From NCBI RefSeq assembly GCF_003018255.1, contig NZ_CP027440.1: 64,000 nt of DNA; one strand, given 5' to 3'. The notes below the pieces were generated by a model. The model was given only the letters and a program-made list of their open reading frames with translations, searched no databases and was not told where the DNA came from. Both the position numbers and the translations under genes were made by a program. Origin of the DNA: Escherichia coli (lineage in GTDB: Bacteria > Pseudomonadota > Gammaproteobacteria > Enterobacterales > Enterobacteriaceae). Below are positions 53,458 to 64,000 of this stretch, in pieces. The first letter of the stretch is position 1. Every line of letters begins with the position of its first letter.

Positions 53458-55182
53458 ATGGAGATGTTGTCTGGAGCCGAGATGGTCGTCCGATCGCTTA
53501 TCGATCAGGGCGTTAAACAAGTATTCGGTTATCCCGGAGGCGCGGTCCTTGATATTTACGATGCATTGCATACCGTGGGTGGTATCGATCATGTTTTAGT
53601 TCGTCATGAGCAGGCGGCGGTGCATATGGCCGATGGTCTGGCGCGCGCGACCGGGGAAGTCGGCGTCGTGCTGGTAACGTCGGGTCCAGGGGCGACCAAT
53701 GCGATTACTGGCATTGCCACCGCTTATATGGATTCCATTCCCTTAGTTGTCCTTTCCGGGCAGGTAGCGACCTCGTTGATAGGCTACGATGCCTTTCAGG
53801 AGTGCGACATGGTGGGGATTTCTCGCCCGGTGGTTAAACACAGTTTTCTGGTTAAGCAAACGGAAGACATTCCGCAGGTGCTGAAAAAGGCTTTCTGGCT
53901 GGCGGCAAGTGGTCGTCCTGGACCCGTGGTCGTTGATTTACCGAAAGATATTCTAAATCCGGCGAACAAATTACCCTATGTCTGGCCGGAGTCGGTCAGT
54001 ATGCGTTCTTACAATCCCACGACCTCCGGGCATAAAGGGCAAATTAAGCGCGCTCTGCAAACGCTGGTGGCGGCAAAAAAACCGGTTGTCTATGTAGGCG
54101 GTGGGGCAATCACGGCGGGCTGTCATCAGCAGCTAAAAGAAACGGTGGAGGCGTTGAATCTGCCCGTTGTTTCCTCATTAATGGGGCTGGGGGCGTTTCC
54201 GGCAACGCATCGTCAGGCACTGGGCATGTTGGGAATGCACGGTACCTACGAAGCCAATATGACGATGCATAACGCGGATGTGATTTTTGCCGTCGGGGTA
54301 CGTTTTGATGACCGAACGACGAACAATCTGGCGAAGTACTGCCCAAATGCCACGGTTCTGCATATCGATATTGATCCTACTTCCATTTCTAAAACCGTGA
54401 CTGCTGATATCCCGATTGTGGGGGATGCTCGCCAGGTCCTCGAACAAATGCTTGAACTCCTGTCGCAAGAATCCGTCCATCAACCGCTGGATGAGATCCG
54501 CGACTGGTGGCAGCAGATTGAACAGTGGCGCGCTCGTCAGTGCCTGAAATATGACACTCACAGTGAAAAGATTAAACCGCAGGCGGTGATCGAGACTCTT
54601 TGGCGGTTGACTAATGGGGACGCTTACGTGACGTCCGATGTCGGGCAGCACCAGATGTTTGCTGCGCTTTATTATCCATTCGACAAACCGCGTCGCTGGA
54701 TTAACTCTGGCGGCCTCGGCACGATGGGTTTTGGTTTACCTGCGGCACTGGGCGTCAAAATGGCGTTGCCAGAAGAAACCGTGGTTTGCGTCACTGGCGA
54801 CGGCAGTATTCAGATGAACATCCAGGAACTGTCTACAGCGTTGCAATACGAGTTGCCGGTACTGGTGGTGAATCTCAATAACCGCTATCTGGGGATGGTG
54901 AAACAGTGGCAGGACATGATCTATTCCGGCCGTCATTCACAATCTTATATGCAGTCACTACCCGATTTCGTTCGTCTGGCGGAAGCCTATGGTCACGTCG
55001 GGATCCAGATCTCTCATCCGCAAGAACTGGAAAGCAAACTTAGCGAGGCGCTGGAACAGGTGCGCAATAATCGCCTGGTGTTTGTTGATGTCACCGTCGA
55101 TGGCAGTGAGCACGTCTACCCGATGCAGATTCGCGGGGGCGGAATGGATGAAATGTGGTTAAGCAAAACGGAGAGAACCTGA
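53458..55182 (+). CDS. ilvI: acetolactate synthase III large subunit
   Basis: ORF 53368..55182; start taken at [28 protein letters not shown] (574 aa), TPP-enzyme family. Confidence 0.95.
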   Translation: MEMLSGAEMVVRSLIDQGVKQVFGYPGGAVLDIYDALHTVGGIDHVLVRHEQAAVHMADGLARATGEVGVVLVTSGPGATNAITGIATAYMDSIPLVVLSGQVATSLIGYDAFQECDMVGISRPVVKHSFLVKQTEDIPQVLKKAFWLAASGRPGPVVVDLPKDILNPANKLPYVWPESVSMRSYNPTTSGHKGQIKRALQTLVAAKKPVVYVGGGAITAGCHQQLKETVEALNLPVVSSLMGLGAFPATHRQALGMLGMHGTYEANMTMHNADVIFAVGVRFDDRTTNNLAKYCPNATVLHIDIDPTSISKTVTADIPIVGDARQVLEQMLELLSQESVHQPLDEIRDWWQQIEQWRARQCLKYDTHSEKIKPQAVIETLWRLTNGDAYVTSDVGQHQMFAALYYPFDKPRRWINSGGLGTMGFGLPAALGVKMALPEETVVCVTGDGSIQMNIQELSTALQYELPVLVVNLNNRYLGMVKQWQDMIYSGRHSQSYMQSLPDFVRLAEAYGHVGIQISHPQELESKLSEALEQVRNNRLVFVDVTVDGSEHVYPMQIRGGGMDEMWLSKTERT

Positions 55183-55184
55183 TT

Positions 55185-55676
55185 ATGCGCCGGATATTAT
55201 CAGTCTTACTCGAAAATGAATCAGGCGCGTTATCCCGCGTGATTGGCCTTTTTTCCCAGCGTGGCTACAACATTGAAAGCCTGACCGTTGCGCCAACCGA
55301 CGATCCAACATTATCGCGTATGACCATCCAGACCGTGGGCGATGAAAAAGTGCTTGAGCAAATCGAAAAGCAATTACACAAGCTGGTCGATGTCTTGCGC
55401 GTGAGCGAGTTGGGGCAGGGCGCGCACGTTGAGCGGGAAATCATGCTGGTGAAAATTCAGGCCAGCGGTTACGGGCGTGATGAAGTGAAACGTAATACGG
55501 AAATATTCCGTGGGCAAATTATCGATGTCACACCCTCGCTTTATACCGTTCAATTAGCAGGCACCAGCGATAAGCTTGATGCATTTTTAGCATCGATTCG
55601 CGATGTGGCGAAAATTGTGGAAGTTGCTCGCTCTGGTGTAGTCGGACTTTCGCGCGGCGATAAAATAATGCGTTGA
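55185..55676 (+). CDS. ilvH: acetolactate synthase III small (regulatory) subunit
   Basis: ORF 55155..55676; start taken at [33 protein letters not shown] (163 aa). Confidence 0.95.
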
Positions 55677-55687
55677 GAATGATCTCA

Positions 55688-55774
55688 ATGCGCAATTTGC
55701 AGCCCAACATGTCACGTTGGGCTTTTTTTGCGAAATCAGTGGGAACCTGGAATAAAAGCAGTTGCCGCAGTTAA
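55688..55774 (+). CDS. fruL: small ORF upstream of cra (28 aa, [28 protein letters not shown]); possibly the annotated leader peptide
   Basis: Short ORF read by hand (below the ORF-track cutoff); I recall a K-12 annotation fruL at this position but cannot verify it. Confidence 0.3.
55701..55729 (+). terminator. rho-independent terminator after ilvH (agcccaacatgtcacgttgggct plus T7)
   Basis: 8-bp stem (gcccaacg / cgttgggc) with 7 Ts read about 25 nt after the ilvH stop. Confidence 0.75.
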
Positions 55775-55855
55775 TTTTCTGCGCTTAGATGTTAATGAAT
55801 TTAACCCATACCAGTACAATGGCTATGGTTTTTACATTTTACGCAAGGGGCAATT

Positions 55856-56860
55856 GTGAAACTGGATGAAATCGCTCGGCTGGCGGGAGTGTCGCGGACC
55901 ACTGCAAGCTATGTTATTAACGGCAAAGCGAAGCAATACCGTGTGAGCGACAAAACCGTTGAAAAAGTCATGGCTGTGGTGCGTGAGCACAATTACCACC
56001 CGAACGCCGTGGCAGCTGGGCTTCGTGCTGGACGCACACGTTCTATTGGTCTTGTGATCCCCGATCTGGAGAACACCAGCTATACCCGCATCGCTAACTA
56101 TCTTGAACGCCAGGCGCGGCAAAGGGGTTATCAACTGCTGATTGCCTGCTCGGAAGATCAGCCCGACAACGAAATGCGTTGTATCGAGCATCTTTTACAG
56201 CGTCAGGTTGATGCCATTATTGTTTCGACGTCGTTGCCACCTGAGCATCCTTTTTATCAACGCTGGGCTAACGACCCGTTCCCGATTGTCGCGCTGGACC
56301 GCGCCCTCGATCGTGAACACTTCACCAGCGTGGTTGGTGCCGATCAGGATGATGCCGAAATGCTGGCGGAAGAGTTACGTAAGTTTCCCGCCGAGACGGT
56401 ACTTTATCTTGGCGCGCTGCCGGAGCTTTCTGTCAGCTTCCTGCGTGAACAAGGTTTCCGTACTGCCTGGAAAGATGATCCTCGCGAAGTGCATTTCCTT
56501 TATGCCAACAGCTATGAGCGGGAGGCGGCTGCCCAGTTATTCGAAAAATGGCTGGAAACGCATCCGATGCCGCAGGCACTGTTCACAACGTCGTTTGCGT
56601 TGTTGCAAGGGGTGATGGATGTCACGCTACGTCGTGACGGCAAACTGCCTTCTGACCTGGCAATTGCCACCTTTGGCGATAACGAACTGCTCGACTTCTT
56701 ACAGTGCCCGGTGCTGGCAGTGGCTCAACGTCACCGCGATGTCGCAGAGCGTGTGCTGGAGATTGTCCTGGCAAGCCTGGACGAACCGCGTAAGCCAAAA
56801 CCTGGTTTAACGCGCATTAAACGTAATCTCTATCGCCGCGGCGTGCTCAGCCGTAGCTAA
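55856..56860 (+). CDS. cra: catabolite repressor/activator (LacI family)
   Basis: 334-aa ORF, GTG start, [34 protein letters not shown]... Confidence 0.96.
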   Translation: MKLDEIARLAGVSRTTASYVINGKAKQYRVSDKTVEKVMAVVREHNYHPNAVAAGLRAGRTRSIGLVIPDLENTSYTRIANYLERQARQRGYQLLIACSEDQPDNEMRCIEHLLQRQVDAIIVSTSLPPEHPFYQRWANDPFPIVALDRALDREHFTSVVGADQDDAEMLAEELRKFPAETVLYLGALPELSVSFLREQGFRTAWKDDPREVHFLYANSYEREAAAQLFEKWLETHPMPQALFTTSFALLQGVMDVTLRRDGKLPSDLAIATFGDNELLDFLQCPVLAVAQRHRDVAERVLEIVLASLDEPRKPKPGLTRIKRNLYRRGVLSRS

Positions 56861-57380
56861 GCCGCGAACAAAAATACGCGCCAGGTGAATTTCTCTCTGG
56901 CGCGTTGAGTACGGGAATGGACATCAATATCCTTAAAGTAAATAAGACTATTCCTGGCTATTATTGATAAATGCTTTTAAACCTGCCCGTTAATTACCTC
57001 ACCAGCTGAAATTCACAATAATTAAGTGATATCGATAGCGCGTTTTTGCATTATTTTGTTACATGCAGAGATGAATTGCCGATTTAACAAACACTTTTCT
57101 TTGCTTTTGCGCAAACCCGCTGGCATCAAGCGCCACACAGACGCAACAGGGACTGTTAACCGGGGAAGATATGTCCTAAAATGCCGCTCGCGTCGCAAAC
57201 TGACACTTTATATTTGCTGTGGAAAATAGTGAGTCATTTTAAAACGGTGATGACGATGAGGGATTTTTTCTTACAGCTATTCATAACGTTAATTTGCTTC
57301 GCACGTTGGACGTAAAATAAACAACGCTGATATTAGCCGTAAACATCGGGTTTTTTACCTCGGTATGCCTTGTGACTGGC

Positions 57381-57442
57381 TTGACAAGCTTTTCCTCCGC
57401 TCCGTAAACTCCTTTCAGTGGGAAATTGTGGGGCAAAGTGGG
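57381..57442 (+). promoter_or_regulatory. mraZ promoter (-35 ttgaca at 57381) and MraZ operator: three direct gtggg repeats at 10-bp spacing (57418, 57428, 57438)
   Basis: Consensus -35 hexamer and triple gtggg repeat read directly upstream of mraZ; matches published MraZ autoregulation sites. Confidence 0.7.
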
Positions 57443-57461
57443 AATAAGGGGTGAGGCTGGC

Positions 57462-57920
57462 ATGTTCCGGGGAGCAACGTTAGTCAATCTCGACAGCAAA
57501 GGGCGCTTATCAGTGCCTACCCGTTATCGGGAACAGCTGCTTGAGAACGCTGCCGGTCAAATGGTTTGCACCATTGACATTCATCACCCGTGCCTGCTGC
57601 TTTACCCCCTGCCTGAATGGGAAATTATCGAGCAAAAATTATCGCGTCTGTCGAGCATGAACCCGGTTGAGCGCCGTGTGCAGCGCCTACTGTTAGGTCA
57701 TGCCAGCGAATGTCAGATGGATGGCGCAGGTCGATTGTTAATCGCGCCAGTACTGCGGCAACATGCCGGGCTGACAAAAGAAGTGATGCTGGTTGGACAG
57801 TTCAACAAGTTTGAGCTGTGGGATGAAACAACCTGGCATCAACAGGTCAAGGAAGATATCGACGCAGAGCAGTTGGCTACTGGAGACTTATCGGAGCGAC
57901 TGCAGGACTTGTCTCTATAA
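57462..57920 (+). CDS. mraZ: division/cell-wall cluster transcriptional regulator
   Basis: ORF 57426..57920; start taken at [27 protein letters not shown] (152 aa). Confidence 0.95.
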
Positions 57921-57921
57921 A

Positions 57922-58863
57922 ATGATGGAAAACTATAAACATACTACGGTGCTGCTGGATGAAGCCGTTAATGGCCTCAATATCCGTCCTGATGGCATCT
58001 ACATTGATGGGACTTTTGGTCGCGGTGGTCACTCACGTCTGATCCTCTCGCAGCTTGGCGAAGAGGGGCGTTTGCTGGCGATCGATCGCGACCCGCAGGC
58101 TATCGCCGTTGCGAAGACTATTGATGATCCGCGCTTCTCCATCATCCACGGACCTTTCTCCGCGCTGGGCGAATACGTTGCCGAGCGCGATCTTATCGGC
58201 AAGATCGACGGCATTCTCCTCGATCTTGGCGTCTCTTCACCGCAACTTGATGATGCTGAACGCGGCTTTTCCTTTATGCGCGATGGTCCGCTGGACATGC
58301 GTATGGACCCAACCCGTGGGCAGTCAGCCGCTGAATGGCTACAAACCGCAGAAGAAGCCGATATCGCCTGGGTATTGAAAACCTATGGTGAAGAGCGTTT
58401 TGCCAAACGCATTGCCCGCGCCATTGTCGAGCGTAACCGCGAACAGCCGATGACCCGCACCAAAGAACTGGCGGAAGTCGTGGCTGCTGCAACGCCGGTG
58501 AAAGATAAGTTTAAACATCCCGCGACCCGTACCTTCCAGGCGGTGCGCATTTGGGTAAACAGTGAACTGGAGGAGATAGAGCAGGCGCTAAAAAGCTCGC
58601 TCAACGTGCTGGCCCCGGGTGGGCGGCTTTCGATCATCAGCTTCCACTCGCTGGAAGACCGTATTGTGAAACGTTTTATGCGTGAAAACAGCCGCGGTCC
58701 GCAAGTTCCGGCAGGGTTACCGATGACTGAAGAGCAGCTCAAAAAACTGGGTGGCCGTCAGCTGCGAGCACTAGGCAAGTTAATGCCGGGTGAAGAAGAG
58801 GTGGCTGAGAACCCTCGTGCCCGTAGTTCAGTTCTGCGTATTGCAGAGAGGACGAACGCATGA
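57922..58863 (+). CDS. rsmH: 16S rRNA (cytosine1402-N4)-methyltransferase
   Basis: ORF 57793..58863; start taken at [38 protein letters not shown] (313 aa). Confidence 0.95.
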
Positions 58864-59225
58864 TCAGCAGAGTGACAGAAGCTCTAAGCAAAGTTAAAGG
58901 ATCGATGGGAAGCCACGAGCGCCATGCATTGCCTGGTGTTATCGGTGACGATCTTTTGCGATTTGGGAAGCTGCCACTCTGCCTGTTCATTTGCATTATT
59001 TTGACGGCGGTGACCGTGGTAACCACGGCGCACCATACCCGTTTACTGACCGCACAGCGCGAACAACTGGTGCTGGAGCGAGATGCTTTAGACATTGAAT
59101 GGCGCAACCTGATCCTTGAAGAGAATGCGCTCGGCGACCATAGCCGGGTGGAAAGGATCGCCACGGAAAAGCTGCAAATGCAGCATGTTGATCCGTCACA
59201 AGAAAATATCGTAGTGCAAAAATAA
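58860..59225 (+). CDS. ftsL: cell division protein FtsL
   Basis: 121-aa ORF overlapping the rsmH stop; single TM segment and coiled coil. Confidence 0.93.
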
Positions 59226-59240
59226 GGATAAACGCGACGC

Positions 59241-61007
59241 ATGAAAGCAGCGGCGAAAACGCAGAAACCAAAACGTCAGGAAGAACATGCCAACTTTATC
59301 AGTTGGCGTTTTGCGTTGTTATGCGGCTGTATTCTCCTGGCGCTGGCTTTTCTGCTCGGACGCGTAGCGTGGTTACAAGTTATCTCCCCGGATATGCTGG
59401 TAAAAGAGGGCGACATGCGTTCTCTTCGCGTTCAGCAAGTTTCCACCTCCCGCGGCATGATTACTGACCGTTCTGGTCGCCCGTTAGCGGTGAGCGTGCC
59501 GGTAAAAGCGATTTGGGCTGACCCGAAAGAAGTGCATGACGCTGGCGGTATCAGCGTCGGTGATCGCTGGAAGGCGCTGGCTAACGCACTCAATATTCCG
59601 CTGGATCAGCTTTCAGCCCGCATTAACGCCAACCCGAAAGGGCGCTTTATTTATCTGGCGCGTCAGGTAAACCCTGACATGGCAGAGTACATCAAAAAAC
59701 TGAAACTGCCGGGGATTCATCTGCGTGAAGAATCTCGCCGTTATTATCCATCCGGCGAAGTGACCGCTCACCTCATCGGCTTTACTAACGTCGATAGTCA
59801 GGGGATTGAGGGCGTCGAGAAGAGTTTCGATAAATGGCTTACCGGGCAGCCGGGTGAGCGCATTGTGCGTAAAGACCGCTATGGTCGCGTAATTGAAGAT
59901 ATCTCTTCCACCGACAGTCAGGCGGCGCACAACCTGGCGCTGAGTATTGATGAACGCCTGCAGGCGCTGGTTTATCGCGAACTGAACAACGCGGTGGCCT
60001 TTAACAAAGCTGAATCTGGTAGCGCCGTGCTGGTGGATGTCAACACCGGTGAAGTGCTGGCGATGGCTAACAGCCCGTCATACAACCCAAACAATCTGAG
60101 TGGCACGCCGAAAGAGGCGATGCGTAACCGTACCATCACTGACGTGTTTGAACCGGGTTCAACGGTTAAACCGATGGTGGTGATGACCGCGTTGCAACGT
60201 GGCGTAGTGCGGGAAAACTCGGTACTGAATACCGTTCCTTATCGAATTAACGGCCACGAAATCAAAGACGTGGCACGCTACAGCGAATTAACCCTGACCG
60301 GGGTATTACAGAAGTCGAGTAACGTCGGTGTTTCCAAGCTGGCGTTAGCGATGCCGTCCTCAGCGTTAGTAGATACTTACTCACGTTTTGGACTGGGAAA
60401 AGCGACCAATTTGGGGTTGGTCGGAGAACGCAGTGGCTTATATCCTCAAAAACAACGGTGGTCTGACATAGAGAGGGCCACCTTCTCTTTCGGCTACGGG
60501 CTAATGGTAACACCGTTACAGTTAGCGCGAGTCTACGCAACTATCGGCAGCTACGGCATTTATCGCCCACTGTCGATTACCAAAGTTGACCCCCCGGTTC
60601 CCGGTGAACGAGTCTTCCCGGAATCCATTGTTCGCACCGTGGTGCATATGATGGAAAGCGTGGCGCTACCGGGCGGCGGCGGCGTGAAGGCGGCGATTAA
60701 AGGCTATCGTATCGCCATTAAAACCGGTACCGCGAAAAAGGTCGGGCCGGACGGTCGCTACATCAATAAATATATTGCTTATACCGCAGGCGTTGCGCCT
60801 GCGAGTCAGCCGCGCTTCGCGCTGGTTGTTGTTATCAACGATCCGCAGGCGGGTAAATACTACGGCGGCGCCGTTTCCGCGCCGGTCTTTGGTGCCATCA
60901 TGGGCGGCGTATTGCGTACCATGAACATCGAACCGGATGCGCTGACAACGGGCGATAAAAATGAATTTGTGATTAATCAAGGCGAGGGGACAGGTGGCAG
61001 ATCGTAA
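59241..61007 (+). CDS. ftsI: peptidoglycan transpeptidase PBP3
   Basis: 588-aa ORF with penicillin-binding motifs STVK, SSN, KTG. Confidence 0.96.
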
Positions 61008-62481
61008 TTTGCGCGACCTTCTTGCTCCGTGGGTGCCAGACGCACCTTCGCGAGCACTGCGAGAGATGACACTCGACAGCCGTGTGGCTGCGGCGGGCGA
61101 TCTCTTTGTAGCTGTAGTAGGTCATCAGGCGGACGGGCGTCGATATATCCCGCAGGCGATAGCGCAAGGTGTGGCTGCCATTATTGCAGAGGCGAAAGAT
61201 GAGGCGACCGACGGTGAAATCCGTGAAATGCACGGCGTACCGGTCATCTATCTCAGCCAGCTCAACGAGCGTTTATCTGCACTGGCGGGCCGCTTTTACC
61301 ATGAACCCTCTGACAATTTACGTCTCGTGGGCGTAACGGGCACCAACGGCAAAACCACGACGACCCAGCTGCTGGCGCAGTGGAGCCAACTGCTTGGCGA
61401 AACCAGCGCGGTAATGGGCACCGTTGGTAACGGCCTGCTGGGGAAAGTGATCCCGACAGAAAATACAACCGGTTCGGCAGTCGATGTTCAGCATGAGCTG
61501 GCGGGGCTGGTGGATCAGGGCGCGACTTTTTGCGCAATGGAAGTTTCCTCCCACGGACTGGTACAGCACCGTGTGGCGGCATTGAAATTTGCGGCGTCGG
61601 TCTTTACCAACTTAAGCCGCGATCACCTTGATTATCATGGTGATATGGAACACTACGAAGCCGCGAAATGGCTGCTTTATTCTGAGCATCATTGCGGTCA
61701 GGCGATTATTAACGCCGACGATGAAGTGGGCCGCCGCTGGCTGGCAAAACTGCCGGACGCGGTTGCGGTATCAATGGAAGATCATATCAATCCGAACTGT
61801 CACGGACGCTGGTTGAAAGCGACAGAAGTGAACTATCACGACAGCGGTGCGACGATTCGCTTTAGCTCAAGCTGGGGCGATGGCGAAATTGAAAGCCATC
61901 TGATGGGCGCTTTTAACGTCAGCAACTTGCTGCTGGCGCTGGCGACGCTGCTGGCGCTGGGCTATCCGTTGGCTGACCTGCTGAAAACTGCCGCACGCCT
62001 GCAGCCGGTTTGTGGACGTATGGAAGTGTTCACTGCGCCAGGCAAACCGACGGTAGTGGTGGATTACGCGCATACACCGGATGCACTGGAAAAAGCCTTA
62101 CAGGCGGCGCGCCTGCACTGTGCGGGCAAGCTGTGGTGCGTCTTTGGCTGTGGTGGCGATCGTGATAAAGGCAAACGTCCACTGATGGGCGCAATTGCTG
62201 AAGAGTTCGCTGACGTGGCGGTGGTGACGGACGATAACCCGCGTACCGAAGAACCGCGTGCCATCATCAACGATATTCTGGCGGGAATGTTAGATGCCGG
62301 ACATGCCAAAGTGATGGAAGGCCGTGCTGAAGCGGTGACTTGCGCCGTTATGCAGGCTAAAGAGAATGATGTGGTACTGGTCGCGGGCAAAGGTCATGAG
62401 GATTACCAGATTGTTGGCAATCAGCGTCTGGACTACTCCGATCGCGTCACGGTGGCGCGTCTGCTGGGGGTGATTGCATGA
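60994..62481 (+). CDS. murE: UDP-MurNAc-L-Ala-D-Glu:meso-diaminopimelate ligase
   Basis: 495-aa Mur ligase ORF ([11 protein letters not shown]). Confidence 0.96.
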
Positions 62482-63836
62482 TTAGCGTAACCCTTAGCCA
62501 ACTTACCGATATTCTCAACGGTGAACTAAAAGGGGCAGATATCACCCTTGATGCTGTAACCACAGACACACGAAAACTGACGCCGGGTTGCCTGTTTGTT
62601 GCCCTGAAAGGCGAACGTTTCGATGCCCATGATTTTGCTGACCAGGCGAAAGCTGGCGGTGCGGGTGCACTACTGGTTAACCGTCCGCTGGATATCGATC
62701 TGCCGCAGGTAATCGTCAAGGATACTCGTCTGGCGTTTGGTGAACTGGCTGCATGGGTTCGCCAGCAAGTTCCGGCGCGCGTGGTTGCTCTGACCGGTTC
62801 CTCCGGCAAAACCTCCGTTAAAGAGATGACGGCAGCGATTTTAAGCCAGTGTGGCAACACGCTTTATACGGCAGGCAATCTCAACAACGACATCGGTGTA
62901 CCGATGACGCTGTTGCGCTTAACGCCAGAGTACGATTACGCAGTAATTGAACTTGGCGCGAACCATCAGGGCGAAATTGCCTGGACTGTGAGTCTGACTC
63001 GCCCGGAAGCGGCGCTGGTCAACAACCTGGCAGCGGCGCATCTGGAAGGTTTTGGCTCGCTTGCGGGTGTCGCGAAAGCGAAAGGTGAAATCTTTAGCGG
63101 CCTGCCGGAAAACGGTATCGCCATTATGAACGCCGACAACAACGACTGGCTGAACTGGCAGAGCGTAATTGGCTCACGCAAAGTGTGGCGTTTCTCACCT
63201 AATGCCGCCAACAGCGATTTCACCGCCACCAACATCCATGTGACTTCGCACGGTACGGAATTTACCCTGCAAACCCCAACCGGTAGCGTGGATGTTCTGC
63301 TGCCGTTGCCGGGGCGTCACAATATTGCGAATGCGCTGGCAGCCGCTGCGCTCTCCATGTCCGTGGGCGCAACGCTTGATGCTATCAAAGCGGGGCTGGC
63401 AAATCTGAAAGCTGTTCCAGGCCGTCTGTTCCCCATCCAACTGGCGGAAAACCAGTTGCTGCTCGACGACTCCTACAACGCCAATGTCGGTTCAATGACC
63501 GCAGCAGTCCAGGTACTGGCTGAAATGCCGGGCTACCGCGTGCTGGTGGTGGGCGATATGGCGGAACTGGGCGCTGAAAGCGAAGCCTGCCATATACAGG
63601 TGGGCGAAGCGGCAAAAGCAGCTGGTATTGACCGCGTGTTAAGCGTGGGCAAACAAAGCCATGCTATCAGCACTGCCAGCGGTGTTGGCGAACATTTTTC
63701 CGATAAAACTGAGCTTATCGCGCGTCTTAAATCACTGATTGCTGAGCAACAGGTAATTACGATTTTAGTTAAGGGTTCACGTAGTGCTGCCATGGAAGAG
63801 GTAGTACGCGCTTTACAGGAGAATGGGACATGTTAG
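62478..63836 (+). CDS. murF: UDP-MurNAc-tripeptide:D-Ala-D-Ala ligase
   Basis: 452-aa Mur ligase ORF (LTGSSGKTS). Confidence 0.96.
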
Positions 63837-64000
63837 TTTGGCTGGCCGAACATTTGGTCAAATATTATTCCGGCTTTAACGTCTTTTCCTATCTGACGTT
63901 TCGCGCCATCGTCAGCCTGCTGACTGCGCTGTTCATCTCATTGTGGATGGGCCCGCGCATGATTGCTCATTTGCAAAAACTTTCCTTTGGTCAGGTGGTG
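63830..64000 (+). CDS. mraY: phospho-MurNAc-pentapeptide translocase, 5' portion only (runs off the window)
   Basis: Hand translation from atg at 63830: [57 protein letters not shown]. Confidence 0.9.

Noticed and set aside
56876-56905. Inverted repeat cgcgccag...ctggcgcg just after cra as a terminator
   Set aside because: Stem is good but it is not followed by a T-run, so it is not called as an intrinsic terminator; it is mentioned only within the cra-mraZ finding.

Overview
This window reads as a syntenic stretch of Escherichia coli (or very close relative) core chromosome, corresponding to roughly minutes 0.6 to 2 of the K-12 map, and I found no unexplained gene cluster or candidate novel system in it. 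Gene order is carAB, caiF, caiTABCDE (minus strand), fixABCX, yaaU, kefFC, folA, apaH-apaG-rsmA-pdxA-surA-lptD (minus), djlA, rluA-rapA-polB (minus), araBAD (minus) / araC, yabI, thiBPQ (minus) with a TPP riboswitch, sgrR / sgrS-sgrT, leuLABCD (minus), leuO, ilvIH, cra, and the start of the dcw cluster (mraZ, rsmH, ftsL, ftsI, murE, murF, mraY partial). All assignments come from reading the supplied ORF translations and sequence motifs against remembered protein and regulatory sequences; no search was run. Every ORF of 300 nt or more is either one of these genes or a stop-free antisense or extended frame. I see no tRNA, rRNA, CRISPR array, IS element, integrase or phage gene. The sequence is not K-12 itself: relative to the K-12 order as I remember it, setA is missing between sgrS and leuD, the yabP/yabQ segment is missing between djlA and rluA, the araD-araA BIME array has two units, and there are scattered substitutions (SgrT C-terminus, leuL, araC). 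The findings are therefore strain-level indels and regulatory structures worth a second look, not a new system. Coordinates of repeats and regulatory sites are approximate.
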